A stretch of DNA of 64,000 nt from Lama glama (taxonomy: Eukaryota). The stretch covers positions 62,870,001 to 62,934,000 of the forward strand of contig CM052817.1 of assembly GCA_028534125.1 (NCBI GenBank), read 5' to 3'. The position numbers and the translations under genes are program-made. The notes under the pieces were generated by a model. The model saw nothing but the letters and a program-made list of their open reading frames with translations, ran no database searches and had not been told where the DNA came from. Numbering within the stretch: position 1 is the first letter of the stretch; each line of letters opens with the position of its first letter. Positions 1-13,642 of the stretch are shown here, piece after piece.

Positions 1-1089
1 GCATTCATCTGTGAATAACGCAATTTATTATAACAATGTCAAGATTTTATTTTGTAACAAGAGGCAAAGCCTCTCATGGAGCCAACCACCAATGGAATAA
101 CATCGTGAAGAAGCCAACACAGTTTCTCCTGGACAGAACTTTCTAAATATGGAGACAAAACAATTAAATGTATCTTGGCCTTTTTTTGTTTCAGACAGAA
201 CATTGCAGCAAGAAAACATCATTCATGAATTTCACCAACATTAACAATTTTTACAAATGCTAGAGCTTGCTACCTAATGGTGAAATCTGTATACTCATCA
301 ATCTGGAAGAGTTGTTTTTCTATTTATTGCTCTTAAATCTCTTCAGTTTCAGGTGATACTTCATCAGTATTTCAACTTATATTGATAGAAAGTGGAGTCA
401 TTGATTAATTAAGCTGCATCTTGACATAGCATCTTCTCACTCTAATTTTACATGTTCATTCATTAAGCTCTCACCAACCATGTGAACTTTTTCTTTTTTG
501 GGGGGGACAATGATTCCTGCTACTAAATAACTTGGTTCTTGAAACTTTTCATTAAATGCAGTTTTTTTTTTTAAAATAAAATCTTTATTGAGTTTAAGAT
601 TTCAAGAACTATTTCTTAGTGCTTTCCTTATTAAGCGACTGTGTTTTGTAGTTGTGTCCTTTTGATCCTGTTGCTTCACTTAGACATTATTTGCAACAAA
701 CCTTGTATAATAGGATTAGGTAACTTGAAATGTCAGCTCCCATAAAAAATAATTAGCTTTCTTGATAAAGATAGGGATTTTTATTTGTTTGTTTTGCTGC
801 TATAGTTTGTTTTTCACTTTGTTGCTCTGCTTCAGTTACTTTGAAATGATTTTGAAGATTGTGATTGTTTATTTCCAATCTTATTAGAGGTATCTGTAGA
901 CGCAAGTCTAGAATCCTCTTCCATTTCACACCTCATGTTCAGAAAACACCAGATGGGATATCAAACATGTTTGTAAACAGAAACATTAATAAAACAAACA
1001 GATAATAAATAATTTAAGAAGAGAATGACCAAAGTATTAAAACTTCAGAACTCTCCCAATCTACACATCCACATTTTGCAACATTTGCA

Positions 1090-1325
1090 GTAATAGCAAA
1101 GTGGCAGGAGGACTCCTGACTTAACGGTGCACAGAAATTCTGTCTTTAGAATAAAGATAGAAGCTTTCTCTACCATGCTCCTCACCTCCTTCTGGGAGGT
1201 CACCAGAAGCACGTTTAAAGTCCACATTTCTGCTAACACTCTGTTGGAGGCAATCTAGGCTTTTTCTACGAAGTGCTTCAAATTCCTTCCATTCTTTACC
1301 ACTGTCCAACTCCAGAGTCACTCCA
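1090..1325 (-). mobile_element. MaLR internal (MLT1-int-like) fragment
   Basis: The reverse complement of 'ttcaaattccttccattctttaccactgtccaactccagagtcac' resembles the MaLR internal 5' motif GCTTTGGAACTGGGTAATGGGCAGAGGTTGGAAGAGTTTG, from recalled consensus. Confidence 0.6.
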
Positions 1326-1339
1326 GGAGCTGATACTGC

Positions 1340-1626
1340 AGCCCACAGGTAGAATTTCTGCTTACCAGGGAAATCTCCATTCTGCTCTTAAGGCTTTTTT
1401 ATTGATTGGATTGGTCACATGCAGATTATCAAGGATCATCACCTTTACATCAAGTTAACAGATTATAGATGTTAATCACATCCACAATATAGCATTACAG
1501 CAAAACTTCACTTGATCTTAGCCAAAAGGCCGAGAAGCAATACACGGCAAAACTTAAAATGTGTGTCTGTTTGAATAACTGGGTCCTATAGCCTAGCCAA
1601 GTTGACACATAAAACTGATCATCACA
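1340..1626 (-). mobile_element. MLT2-type ERVL LTR fragment, interrupted by a U2 retrocopy
   Basis: Ends in 'tatagcctagccaagttgacacataaaactgatcatcaca', the reverse complement of the MLT2 5' terminus TGTGATGGTTAATTTTATGTGTCAACTTGGCTAGGC. Confidence 0.85.
1509..1541 (-). pseudogene. RNU2: U2 snRNA retropseudogene, 3'-truncated (U2 nt 1-33)
   Basis: Minus strand reads ATTGCTTCTCGGCCTTTTGGCTAAGATCAAGTG, matching U2 nt 1-33 with one CpG-type change. Flanked by acagcaaaactt (1497-1508) and acggcaaaactt (1544-1555). Confidence 0.95.
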
Positions 1627-2479
1627 GGTAATTTAAGCAGTATTAAAATTAACTGCAATATTAAAACAGCAGCATTAACCCCAGGTATAGTACATATTGT
1701 TGTTTTATTATATCTAAAATGTTAAGAAGGAAGTTTTGAAAACCAGAAAGGATCTTGTACATTGATCTATCCTATCCCTATGTTACACAAACCTCTATGT
1801 GCAAGTTCAGTATAAGATGCACTGAGATAAATACACTTGGTTACTGTGGACACCTAATTGGTAAGATAATGAGGAATACAGCCTAGGCATAGTAGAGAGG
1901 TAAAGTGAAGAGTAATGGACCAGATAAAATTTGTCAGGTACCCTGTCAGAGCACCTTTATCTCTTTATCTTAGTTTTTCTTATAATTAGTGTCTTTTAAA
2001 ATAGAGAACTTAATTACATTTGCCTTAAAATGCAAAATATCTTGGAAAGAAATTCAATGAAATTATACAAAGATTTAAAAAACCCTGATACCGGAAACTG
2101 AGTTAAAACAAAGTTTATTGTATGCAGAAGAAGTAGAGCAAACTGACCAAAATGTGTTAGAGTAAAAAAATCTTATTTCTTGGTCTAAAATACTAATTCA
2201 ATATTAATATTATCATATAATGACACACTGTAGCATTAGCAATAGGAGTTGTGTCTAACTTAATACAGGAAACTGGAATTGTAAACTATTAAAGATAAAA
2301 TTTATAGTCTCAGAAATTAAAGATAATAGGATAGGCCTGTGCAATTGATATTTATAGATACATGCATTCCTGTATAACATCATGACATGGACTTCAAGTA
2401 TTTTATTTTTCAAGTCACAAGTATTAATTTTATGAATGCATTTTCCTTTTATAAAATTCAACATGCAAATAAATTCTGT

Positions 2480-2820
2480 ATGAGTTATTGCTCTCAATCC
2501 TAGTTCATTCCTTACAGAAAACCACTTTATCAATTTGATTTCAGAAATTATTCTATATACAAGCAATATACACACAGAGATCAATCCATTATGTTTGTAA
2601 TTTTTTTTACATAAATCATGATGTACTATTTCTGCAACTCCCCCACCAACAGATTATATGTTTTAGACATCTTTCCATGACAGTTAACGTATATCTTACT
2701 TATTTTTTGTCAACTAATGTATAGTATTCCATAAGCAGATTCAGCTACAATTTATTCAGCTAGTTTCTTTAGGATGGACATCTTGATTGTTTCCAAGTTT
2801 TTGCTATTACATACAATATA
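2480..2820 (-). mobile_element. Old L1 (L1M-type) 3' fragment
   Basis: Typical antisense L1 3' motifs 'atagtattccat' and 'gatggacatcttgattgtttccaagtttttgctattac'. Confidence 0.7.
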
Positions 2821-2829
2821 GCATATTTT

Positions 2830-2998
2830 CAGGTTCATCTGGAGGACTTGTTATATATATATAATATACCCATCCCCAGAGTTTCTGATTTAATATGTCT
2901 GAGATAAATCCTGAGAAATTACATTTCTGAGAGGTTCCCTGGTAATTCTGATGGGGGAAGGTGCTGGTCCAGGGGCTATACTTTGAAAACCACTGCAC
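2830..2998. mobile_element. MER5A-like hAT-Charlie MITE
   Basis: 'cccagagtttctgattta...ggtaattctgatg...ctggtccagggg...actttgaaaaccactg' matches the MER5A pattern and terminus. Confidence 0.8.
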
Positions 2999-3007
2999 TA
3001 AATAACC

Positions 3008-3175
3008 ACTGAGTGCTAATCAAGCCATGGTCCATGAACCACCACTAGTAGCATCACTGGAGCTTATTAGAAATACAAATGTTTGAGTCCCACCCGGCCA
3101 GTTCTACTAAATAAAAATCTCTGTGCTTTAACAAATCCTTCATCTGATTCTTATGTTTTCTCAAGTTTCAGGCAT
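3008..3175. mobile_element. Second MER5-like MITE, adjacent to the first
   Basis: 'gcatcactggagcttattagaaatacaaat...cccacc...ctactaaataaaaatctctg...ttaacaaatcc...tgattcttatg' matches the MER5A/B core. Confidence 0.7.
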
Positions 3176-3424
3176 GCAGATGCAGCTTAGACTTATGCAA
3201 CTAAGATTCACACCGGCATTGGAAACCTTATCCCAGCCACTCTGCTATTTACTATGACATGCATTACATACTGTGATTGGGTACCAGAACAAAATTTTAA
3301 TTAGTTCTAATATACATCAGACAATTAATTAGAATTGTTATTATTTTTAAAATAGATCTATCAAAAATTAGAACTTCAATATTGTAGGAAAAGCTTACAT
3401 GTTTATTAATAATTTTAAATTCTA

Positions 3425-3614
3425 TGCATTCACTGTTAAATAGGGTAGCCACTAGCCACATGTGTCTATATCTACATTTAAATGAACTAAAATCAAATTA
3501 AATTTAAAACCCAGTTCGTCAGTCACAAGGCCCCCATTTCAATGCTCAATACCAGTATGTGGCTAGTGGCTACCATATTTGCATCATCACAGAAAGTTCT
3601 ATGGAACAGTGCTG
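3425..3614. mobile_element. MER3/MER33-like hAT MITE
   Basis: Internal palindrome gtagccactagccacat / atgtggctagtggctac and terminus 'gaaagttctatggaacagtgctg'. Confidence 0.85.
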
Positions 3615-6600
3615 TTCATAGGCATACCAAGGATATGTTTTCTTTCTTTCTTTCTTTTTCAAAATAAGGTTCAGCTCACTGCATTCAAAACATATTGACT
3701 CTGCTGCTATGGCAACTGTGAGGAATTTCTTGCAGTTTTCCTTAGAAGAGCTACAAAATATTTCTAAAGAATAGAAGTATATAAACAACACCACAATTAT
3801 GTTTTCTTTTAGAACACATATATACTGTACATTCATAGTTTTGTACTTGAAGGTTATTAAAATGCAACTTGTAATTTATCCACTGCTTTCTCTTTCTCCA
3901 AAGGGCTCAGTCCTTAGACAATTTGAAACTAATTCCAACTTTCTGGCTTTTATCTGTCCCTTTATACTCTCTGTAGTGTTGTAATCAATAGAAACATGTC
4001 TAACTTACTCGAACTTTCTAGGCTTCTTTTCACTCTGGACTGTAATAATGAACTTTGCTTCTCTGTGCTGAAGTCGCTGGAAACGCAAGGGCAAATCAAA
4101 TGTTTCTTGTGTTAAAAATAACGTTTTACTTTAACCAAAATCCTAGGACTAAGATATATTACTTATAAAATTATGTGGAAGGCACTGGATAAAGATAATC
4201 CCTTGTGTTTAGGTGCAGCTCAGTAAGTACCACTATTTTTACAATTCTAGGAAGAAGTCTGACTCTAGTGTCGAAGTTGCTCTCTGGAAGCAAATTCATT
4301 ACTCAGGGATGATCAAGACTTGTAGAGCACTGGAATACCACCATGACCCATTATGTATAGTATTACAACTAAAAAATTCCTAAAAATTCAAAGTACTTTG
4401 GTAAGGTTATGGCAAACTCATTTGGTGGTAAAACATAACCTGATCTGATGGGAAGGGATGTTATTTTTAGCCTATATTAATTCCATACAGTCTAATTATT
4501 CATACAATTTGTTTAAGAAATACAATTATGTTTGATTATGGGATGTTACCTCAGACCCTCCTGGGAGTATTTATGTACCAGCTTCTTCAACGGACTATTG
4601 CTTTGAGTCTCAAATAAAGATGTAATTTTTAGAAGGCAAAGGGCAAAGATAGTAGCACTCATATAATCTAAAAAGGTTAGTATGTTATGGTTGAGAAAAA
4701 AGTATCAAGAAGATTCCATTTTAATGTATTTGAGAAAATGTTATACAAGACATTCTAAAGTCTAGTTTAGTCTTAGCTCAGATACTTACTTACCAGTTTA
4801 GTGACTACAAAACTCTCAAAAGCATGGATTCCTTGAAAAATCCAGTGTTATTTTTTACTTGGATTAGTTTATGTACTCATCTTCTTCTACAACTGTACCA
4901 CTGAGTCATTCATGCTCAGAGTGAAAGGTGAGATCTATTATCAGAAATAACTTGAAATATGATAAAATTACATGTTCTCCCAATTTAGAAGAATAAATAA
5001 GACCTTGAATTTGACTTATCATGCCTATTTTTAAAATTTTATTTTCAATGGTAAGAAATATGCCTTATTAGCTAACAGTACATAATAGCATGGCTCAGAT
5101 AATATTTTCAGGAAAGAACAAATGAAAGGAAAATTCCTCTTTTAAGACTGATGACACATCCTGCTATATTTCCAAAGATTATATACAGTCATATAATATT
5201 TTATCTCATTTATAAACATTCAAATCTGTATTTATAATATGGTCGAGAAGCCTCTCACAGCTGCAATGGGTCAGGAGTCCCAGCTGGAGAAGGTGGGAGG
5301 CACATGACTTTCAGAGTGGTTAGCATTACAGATAATGGAGGTCATTGTTTCAAGGTATTCCTCCTTGGGATGAGAGAAATTGCATTGGTGGGAGAAAGAG
5401 ATAACTTATACCAAGAAATTATCCCTGTTGCAAAGGCAATTCTGAATTGTATTTACATGTATGTACTCATAATTCTGAATTGTGCATTGATAGCTAGCCA
5501 TTCAATAGACTATTTCTGATCAGCATTTTTTCTGATTTAATATTTAATCTTGCAAATACTTGCACTGAACAATACAAATTGACAAATCAGGGAACATACT
5601 GGATTCCATTCCATTCAAATGTAAGGTCAGCAATGGAGGGGTAATAACTTCTTGGAGACTGGAAGAATACTTATTAAAACTAAGTTGAACAAAATAGAAA
5701 ATTAATATAAATAAGTAAACTATATGTAGACAAAAATTTTATTGTCCTGAGAATTCATTTTCCCCTAAAACTAATATACTTAATGCAGTTTAAATTTATC
5801 TAATTTTATAATATTTTACTATAAACACATAAATGTTAAAAAAAACTTTCAATAGTCATAGCAATGACATATAATGCTATTCATAAACAAAAGTCTTCTG
5901 AGATACTCAAAACATGCTACTAATGTCATGTTAATAATCATCTCCACATTAAAATTCCGTATCTTAAAAATGTCTCTCTTCAAGAATAATTCAGAAGTCT
6001 TATAGATATAGAAAATGTCTTGCTGATACCAGGTGTTAAATATTACACTTAATTATTTTGGATAAATCTCTTAAAATACATAATACTTAGTATAGGTTAA
6101 AATCAACTTAAATTACTAAGCTGAATTCAAATAGAAAGCATTCACTAAATATTATGTGCTCTCATTTTACTAAAAGCCAAGTTCCTTTCCTCCCACATTA
6201 TGTGGATGACCAAATTCCACTTTATTTTCAGAAAGGATTAATGCTTTCATTCTTATAATCTAATGGCTATCAGCAGCTTTATAATGCATAAATATTCATA
6301 TATATCTATTTCAAAGTAATAAAATAGCATTAACATCTAGAGTAAACATTTTGACTTCAAAATGTCACACTATCCTTACATCAGTTAGTGTTTTGTTTGC
6401 CACCATTATTGTAATTCCCACTTTCAACTGTTCAAGTAGGTATACATTAGAACACAATTTTTTGGCTCAATAAACTGAACAGTTAGAGTTGCCTCCAAAT
6501 TTCACTGGTTACCTCCTGAGGTAGTAAATTGCTCCTCATTGAGAGCTTTGAACTGGATTCTGGTTGGTGAACTACTGAATGAAAAACATAAATTTGGAGC

Positions 6601-6779
6601 TATAATAGTTTTCAGAGCAGCAAGCCTTGAAATCAGTCAGCATAAGATTCAACTAGTTAAAAAAGGTGGTTTCCAGTACTTTATCTCCTATAATTTTAAA
6701 CCAGAATGCTTGAAAAGGAACTTTCACTGAGTACTCAAATTACACTCATGCAGATGGCCAAAGGACCACGTCTTGGGAG

Positions 6780-6900
6780 GCCTCAAAGATTATTGAGTTC
6801 AAATCGCAATTTGCTGATGAGGAAATGGAGCACAGTGGTTAAATGAATTTGATGTAAATCACAGGGGTAATTAGTTCTTCACCTGGGCCTCAAATAACAT
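6780..6900 (-). mobile_element. MIR fragment
   Basis: 'gatgaggaaatggagcacag...ggttaaatga' resembles the antisense MIR core. Confidence 0.55.
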
Positions 6901-7381
6901 TTCCTGATTTCTATTCCAGTGCTCCTATTTTTAAATCAGTATTCAAATAAGTTGTGTGGAGCATCTTTCTAAAATTTGCTAATGTGCAGATTGTTTCAAA
7001 TGGGGAAAGTTCTAACAGATTCTCCATAAGACAAAATTTTCTTGTTATGTTTTTAAATACAAGTGTAAAACAGAAACTAAGTTTAAACTTTTTATGTTCG
7101 TGTTTCCAGTCCACCTCAGAAACGAAACCAATTCATAAACAGAATTTTATATTTGCTTAACAGCAGCTTGCATAGTCATTACCATAAATCAGTCACTATT
7201 CTGAGAACTTTAGTATTTGTAAACATTAAGAAACAAAATTATTAATACTTTCACATTAGCAACATTAATTTAATGTTGCAGAGGGTATCACTCTGCTGAA
7301 TTTAAATTAATGCCTACAACCTGGATATGGTAGTAACTGTTCTGGGACATATCCTTTGAATGTGCCTGTTCTACAACTAGA

Positions 7382-7600
7382 AATAATAGTGTCTGACCTT
7401 TATTGGGTGCTTATCATGTTCCAAACGCTATTCTAGCACATTACATTTTAAACTCACTGAGTATTCACAATAGTCTTATAAAGAATGTATTATTATATTC
7501 CCCAACTTTCACTGAGGAAGCTGAGGCAGGAAGATGTGAAACCACTTATTCAGATTAGCAAGTAGGGATGCCTGACTGGATATTCTATTGTCTTAGCGGT
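7382..7600 (-). mobile_element. MIR SINE
   Basis: 'tttattgggtgcttatcatgttcca...tattattatattccccaac...tgaggaagctgaggcag' is the antisense MIR tail plus core. Confidence 0.8.
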
Positions 7601-9779
7601 TACTATCTAATGCCTCTGACTGCAGTATGTCACATTCTACTTCAAACACCCACTACTATTATCTAGCTCAACTACTGTAAAACTGTCATTTGTACAGTGC
7701 TTCTTGACCACATTTCATCTTCACTGGGTGCAAATTTACATGTTAATTGGCCTCAGTCATTTTCTTGGTGGCACTAGACACAAAGCAATACATTTCACTG
7801 CCTATCTTTGCTGTGATGTATAATAAAAGCCTCTATTTATTAATTTCAGAAATCAAAGTCCTTTTTTTATAAAAATGGCTTTCTATTGTGCATATAATTT
7901 TGACCTTCATAACTGATACAATAATATGAGTATAACAGTGAAAGTAGGAACATTTCTGTCATTTGGATATCTGGCTTTATTAACCTGAGACAAAACAGAA
8001 ATGGTAACCCAAACACTGAAAGTCAAATATTGGCTCTTAGATAATCATGATTCACATGTGAATGCAAATACAGGTATCAAAATCATAAAGAAAATCTAAG
8101 TGCTTCCTGGATTTACTTATCATGGACAGTAAATAACATTATTAAAAAAAAAAGTTGAGGATTTGCTGCTCTCCAAGGACACAATCAGATACTAGTGGCA
8201 CATACCCTAGTGAGAAAACTGAATAAGACTGTACATCCCTCTTACGTTCAGAGTGTATGAATGTGCAACTGCTGTATGATTGCACACCTACAGTCCTTTT
8301 TGGATCAATTAACTTTTGTTTGTTATTTTGAGACTGCAACACAAATTTTGATGCAAAATATGGCTCCCCAGATATTTCCATTAGCAGATTACATTGTCCT
8401 TATGCTTCAATACAACATTGCTTAGGAAAACTTGTGATGTCAGCAATTGCCCTATAAAGCTCTCTTAAGTGTCACATTAGGGTCCCTTCCCTCTCTTAGG
8501 GTTCTCAGCCCCCAGTTCTCACTCCATGTTTTTTCTGAACTTACATTTTGGTGTCCTGTCTAGGGATACATATTCTTTCTAGCCTGTAACTCAAATTCGA
8601 GGATCCTGTTTTACATTACGTTGTTGATGACTAATAATAGCTCCATGAATCCAAATTAATTACAGTGGCACATTCAATTTTCAATTGGAGGATTGCACTA
8701 CTGTTTAAGTTTTAGCTCAAAAAATGTAATTGCTGGTTGCAGAATTTCAAATGCAAACATGGTAGGGTGTGTGGTAAGGGAGGCACTGTAAAATATATAT
8801 AGTTTTTTCGAGGATGGTATGATATGTATGTATATACCATTTCTGAACCTCTCATCTATACCAGGTAGGCAAATACACATTCTATCCGCATGTGAGACCA
8901 CCTGGGTTCTCACCTGAATCGTAGTAACTTTTAAGTAAAGTGTCAATTTCATTGATACATTTGCATGAACTATGAATTTTAAAAGATAAATTATTAAATT
9001 TCCTCAATATTAGTCAAAAGGAATACCTTTTCTATAAATATGTAGAAACAACATGAAAAGATGGTGGACTAGTTATTTCTAGTAAGACCATTTGTATATC
9101 ACATTTTACACTAGGAACAATAGTAGTGAATGCTAGTATGCTGGGGGCCAGGCTTCAAGCTTTAATAGGAGGTGAGTGTGACACACAACAGTCACAGGAA
9201 GAGATGGCTTGTCACTCATAATTCAAGAACAGATATATCTGTATGATTTTTAGGGACTAATGAAAAGCAAATATATCAAATACTATATATCTGACTTTTT
9301 AATTTTTTCAACATCCTGAATTTTTAGCAAACTTTTCATTTTCAAAACAGACATTTCTATGTCATAGAGAATCAGTTAATTGGGAGCAAAATGTGGACAC
9401 ATAAAAATAACACAAATAGAGATGAAGAATTATAACTAAAGAACCAGTTTAAACAAGTAGTTATATGGGCTTTTATTTGATACAATAGTTATTTGTGTAT
9501 TTCCCATTTAAATTTTACCTTATTTTATACTTGATGGCAGTATCTTTTTTTGTTTTTATAGACTTGGCTTTAAGAGAAATAGGTTTTGAAGAAAATGCTG
9601 TTACCATATGTCTATCTCTTACAACTAACCTTGCTGTACTTGGTAGCACTATTTATTCTCAATTAAAAAGTTTTCATTCCATGCCCTTTAAAGACCTTCT
9701 TGACATCTTCAAATTTGATAAGCAGAACATCTGTGTCTATATTAAACACTAAATTAAGGTCTCTAGATATCTAAAAATC

Positions 9780-10575
9780 AATATTTTCAAACTAATTCCT
9801 GAGTTACCTCCAAACCTGGCCCGCTATTATAGTGAAGTTAGCACCACCATTTTGCTAGGCAAATCATAAATTCAGGTGTCATCTTAGATTCCTTTCCTCC
9901 ACTTGCCTTGCATAGCAAGCCATACACCAGCCCCTCCTAAATACCCCATGAATCAGTCCGCTTTCCTCCGCCTCCACTGGCAGTGCTTCAGTCCCAGTTA
10001 CTCTTGTCTGGACTGACACTATAGTTTTCCAACTGGACACCCCACATTTGTGGCATTCTCCAACCAACTATCTAAACCATAACCGCCAGAGAAATCTTGT
10101 GAAATGTAAATCGAATTACATAATCCCCTACTTAAAAAAGTTATCTTAGGATAAAAATTAAATCCAGCAGTCCTACCCACAATCATTTCTTACTTTCTTT
10201 CTTGCTCTCTGTGTCCAGGCCACCCTGGAATTCTTATGCCTGTGAAACTCACCATGTTCCTTTTCTCACATCATCTTTCCTTCTCTACTCTTCCCATCTA
10301 TGCCCAGTTAATTCTTGTTCTCTTTTCAAATCATAGATCTGTCATCATTCATTTTGTGATATGCTTCTCTGACTTCCCAAATGAGGTTAATAATCAACAC
10401 CCTGGCACTGTGTGCATTTCTTCTTTATAGAAACATCTACAGAGACAATTTCACACACACAAAACATGGCTCACTGATTAATTTCTCACTTTTCTATAAA
10501 GTCCATGAGCTATCCTTTACTCCCTCATTACTGTATCCCCAGGAGTTTAGTAGTATATAAAGTGGCATTTGCTAT
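9780..10575 (+). mobile_element. L2 LINE 3' portion
   Basis: L2 motifs 'gcaccaccatt', 'gtcatcttagattcctt', 'cttaggataaaaattaaatcc' and 'ctgtatccccagg'. Confidence 0.75.
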
Positions 10576-11559
10576 ATATAAGTACAGCACTGAATTCTGA
10601 ATGCTGGTATACTACATGAGGAAGGATTATGTACAGATATCCTACTCAACATTTCCTAACTTTCTAATATTACCTGTATTGGAAGATGCTTCTCTGCCTT
10701 TGGACTCCTAATGAACTCCCTATCTAGCAATTCCTGTGGGCCTGTTCATGCAGTTCCTTATATAGATGTTATTTGTATGTGTACTTAAAGGATCCCACCA
10801 GGTAGTAAATTCCTAGAAAGTAGAGATTGTTTGTTACAGATCTTCATTTTTGCCAATTCTTCAGGCCAGCATTTTACACACAATACTTTGAACATAATAA
10901 ACACACTAGCTCACTACATAAATTAAAAAAAAACAAAACACCAAAGCACTGGATTGTTTTATATCTATTGTCTCTTCCATCAATTTCAAATTCATCTGGA
11001 GAATTTTTAGTATCACATTTGAATGAAGTGTGTGGTCCTCCCTCTTCTACCTCATTCCCTTCACCCCCATATATTGCCCATATCAGTGCAGGCCTTATCT
11101 ATTTGTGTATTCATGGGGATAAGTCATTGTGTTTCAATGACGTGGAGATTAGTAGACATTTCTCATTCATTGCCAAAGTGAGTTTGTCTACATTTTTTCA
11201 AAAAAGAAAAGATTTTAACAGGTGCTTTATAAGCATTTTAAATGTAAAATTAAATAACTTCAATAATGCTATTCCTGATAAGTTAATTGTATGTAAACTA
11301 GAAGACAACAATGAGAAATAAAAACAAAGATTAAAAATATAGGTTATAAAGGGAAATTTATACCCTGGTAGTTTAGAGGTTAACATGAAATTGGCTTTCA
11401 GAATGCTGCTATTGAGGGTTTCTTCAAGTCTTTCATTTTTATAAGTTCCAATTCAAGTTGGACTCTCACATTAAAGCAAAACTCAAATCATTTTTATATC
11501 CTGTGCCTCTAGAAAAAGTCTTACAATAAAAAAGAAATTGCGCTACAAGGCCTTTATTT

Positions 11560-12107
11560 TTATGTCCAAACTTATGTGAGTGTTTTCTTGCTGGACATTT
11601 ATAAATCAAGCTAGGTCTCTCCAGATGACCTTTAGTGACAGTCTTTTAGCTGTCTCCTGTTATTTTGCTTTTTCCTTCTCAGAACTGAAGCCAACATAAT
11701 TTCTTGTCTCTGTGTCAAAGAATGCTGAAACCAAGCAAAAATTTCCCAACTGCTTTCTCCAAGAAATTACCTGTTCCTAGAAGATAAGCCTGAACCAACC
11801 AACAGCTCACTTATTACCACTAAAAGCTTGCTCATCAATGCTTGTTTGAAGACACTCCCTCACTCTGATCCCCAGCCTAAAGATGCTAGGTTATAAATTC
11901 TTCCCAAAACCAACCATTTCCCTACTTATCAAGACCCACCTTAAAATCATCCAGCCTAGACACAAAAGCTCTATAAAACTCTATAAATATCTTCCCCTAA
12001 GGTACTCCTAAGACTCTTCATAATGGAGTTCTACTTTACTGCACAAGTCTAAAGCTTAGAATTATTTGACAAACAAGTATTTTTGGTGGTCTTTTGGAAG
12101 TTCAACA
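11560..12107 (+). mobile_element. Old ERV1-class LTR (MER31/MER67/MER34-group-like), 5' boundary uncertain
   Basis: TATA-like 'ctataaata', R/U5-like 'ttactgcacaagtctaaagcttag' and terminal 'tggtggtcttttggaagttcaaca'. Confidence 0.55.
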
Positions 12108-12149
12108 ATCAATATTTATATTATTTTCCTATATTTCCTCTTGAAATAG

Positions 12150-12310
12150 ACCTCTGGTTTCAGATGCTAGCCTTGCCTCTTGCTTATTACTGGATGAGCC
12201 TGACTATAAGTTTTGTACATCCCTAAGCCTATGTGTGAGGAGCAACATGGGGCCCTCACAGGATTCTTCTGAGAGTAAATAAGGAAATGTACAAAGAATG
12301 TTAACTAACA
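12150..12310 (+). mobile_element. MIR fragment
   Basis: 'ctcacaggattcttctgagagtaaataaggaaatgtacaaag' resembles the MIR 3' part. Confidence 0.6.
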
Positions 12311-12329
12311 CATTTCCAGATGTATTGAC

Positions 12330-12490
12330 ACATTTAATTCTTAACATAACTCTGTGAATCATTGTCTACTTTCTATAGATGAAGAAACTGAGGTACATAA
12401 AAGTAAAATAATTTGCCCAAGGTCACAGACCTTGTAACTAGCAACACCAGCATTCAACTCTGAGCAGTCAGCTCTATAGCCCATGGCCTG
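12330..12490 (-). mobile_element. MIR SINE
   Basis: 'atagatgaagaaactgaggtaca...aatttgcccaaggtcacag' is the antisense MIR core. Confidence 0.85.
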
Positions 12491-13584
12491 AACACATGGA
12501 GAGTCATGCTTATTGGTTTGGTTCAGTCCTACCTTGGTTGTGGGAAGAGGTTCCTCCATGTGCTCCGAGTCCTATTCAAGTTATTCCAGATAGCATCACA
12601 ATCATTGTTGTTGTATAGCAAGTGTCAAATCCTTTTTGTGAATAGTTAGCCTCCAGTGACTAGAGATCAACTGAGGACATACAGTCTCACTTCTTTACCC
12701 ACTCCTGGCCCTACCTATTTTTGTGAGGGGAAGATAGTCCAGCAGGCATGTCTGGAGACTTATTACAGTATACCATCTATGTCTGTCCTGAAATTGGTTC
12801 TTTTCTTCCACAAAGATAAAGGCTCAAGGGAGGAAAATTACCCTCTACTTGCAAGTGAAAAAAAAAAAGGAAAAGAAAAAACACAGAAAAAACTAAATTA
12901 ATACTTGAAATTTGACTTAAATATGGCAGTAGTGGTAACAGCAGCAGGAGCAGAAGGGTAGGAAGAGTAGCAGTTGTGGTAACATTAGTAGCAGCAACAG
13001 CGACATTAAGTGGTCTTATCACTGACTTACTCAGCTCACAAATGTGGACTGGCCGTGTATTACGCGCATGGCATTGTGCTTTGTCCTGGGGCTCCATCCT
13101 AGGAATCTAGTATTTCCTCACCGGTCCTTTTCTTTTTCTAAACTTTGCTTACATTTCTATGGTTCAACTACCCTGTTTGTGATAGAAGCTCAAATCATTG
13201 TATCAAATCCCCATTTCTCCTCTATGCAGCAAAAACAAAAGTTAACTGACTGAAGTATTTCTTTCCAAGAATGAATTAGAGACCCAAAATGCACAGAAAA
13301 GAAAGTATATATTGTCATCTCCAAAATCCAGTCCTTTGTTGTCTGTCAAAATGCACTGCACTGCCTCCTGTTCAGTTGCTAATTACAAGTCTCAACACTG
13401 AGTCTATGACTAGCCTAGGACCCCAAATTGCAATTTCTGTTGCCTGATATTACTTCTATGGCTGGCCTGTTATCTCACTTGTCTTTTGCGTCACCACATG
13501 CACCACCCGTTTTTTTTTCCGTATATTGTTACCTCCACTTTCATATAAGAATCCTGGAGACAGAAATCTATTCCTACTTTTTCT

Positions 13585-13642
13585 AAAAAAAAAAAATATA
13601 TATATATATGTATGTGTGTATGTGTGTGTATATATATATATC
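13585..13642. repeat. A-run plus compound (TA)n/(TG)n microsatellite
   Basis: Read directly from the sequence. Confidence 0.9.

Noticed and set aside
5438..5483. 13-bp direct repeat aattctgaattgt flanking 20 bp
   Set aside because: Only two AT-rich copies, and the insert is not recognisable as an element.
10827..11321. 164-aa ORF
   Set aside because: TTG start, runs through an L2-like tail and an A-tract, and shows no recognisable protein similarity.
12777..13097. ORF with poly-Leu/Thr stretch resembling a signal or membrane segment
   Set aside because: Produced by a degenerate (AGC/AGT)n low-complexity tract and an A-run.
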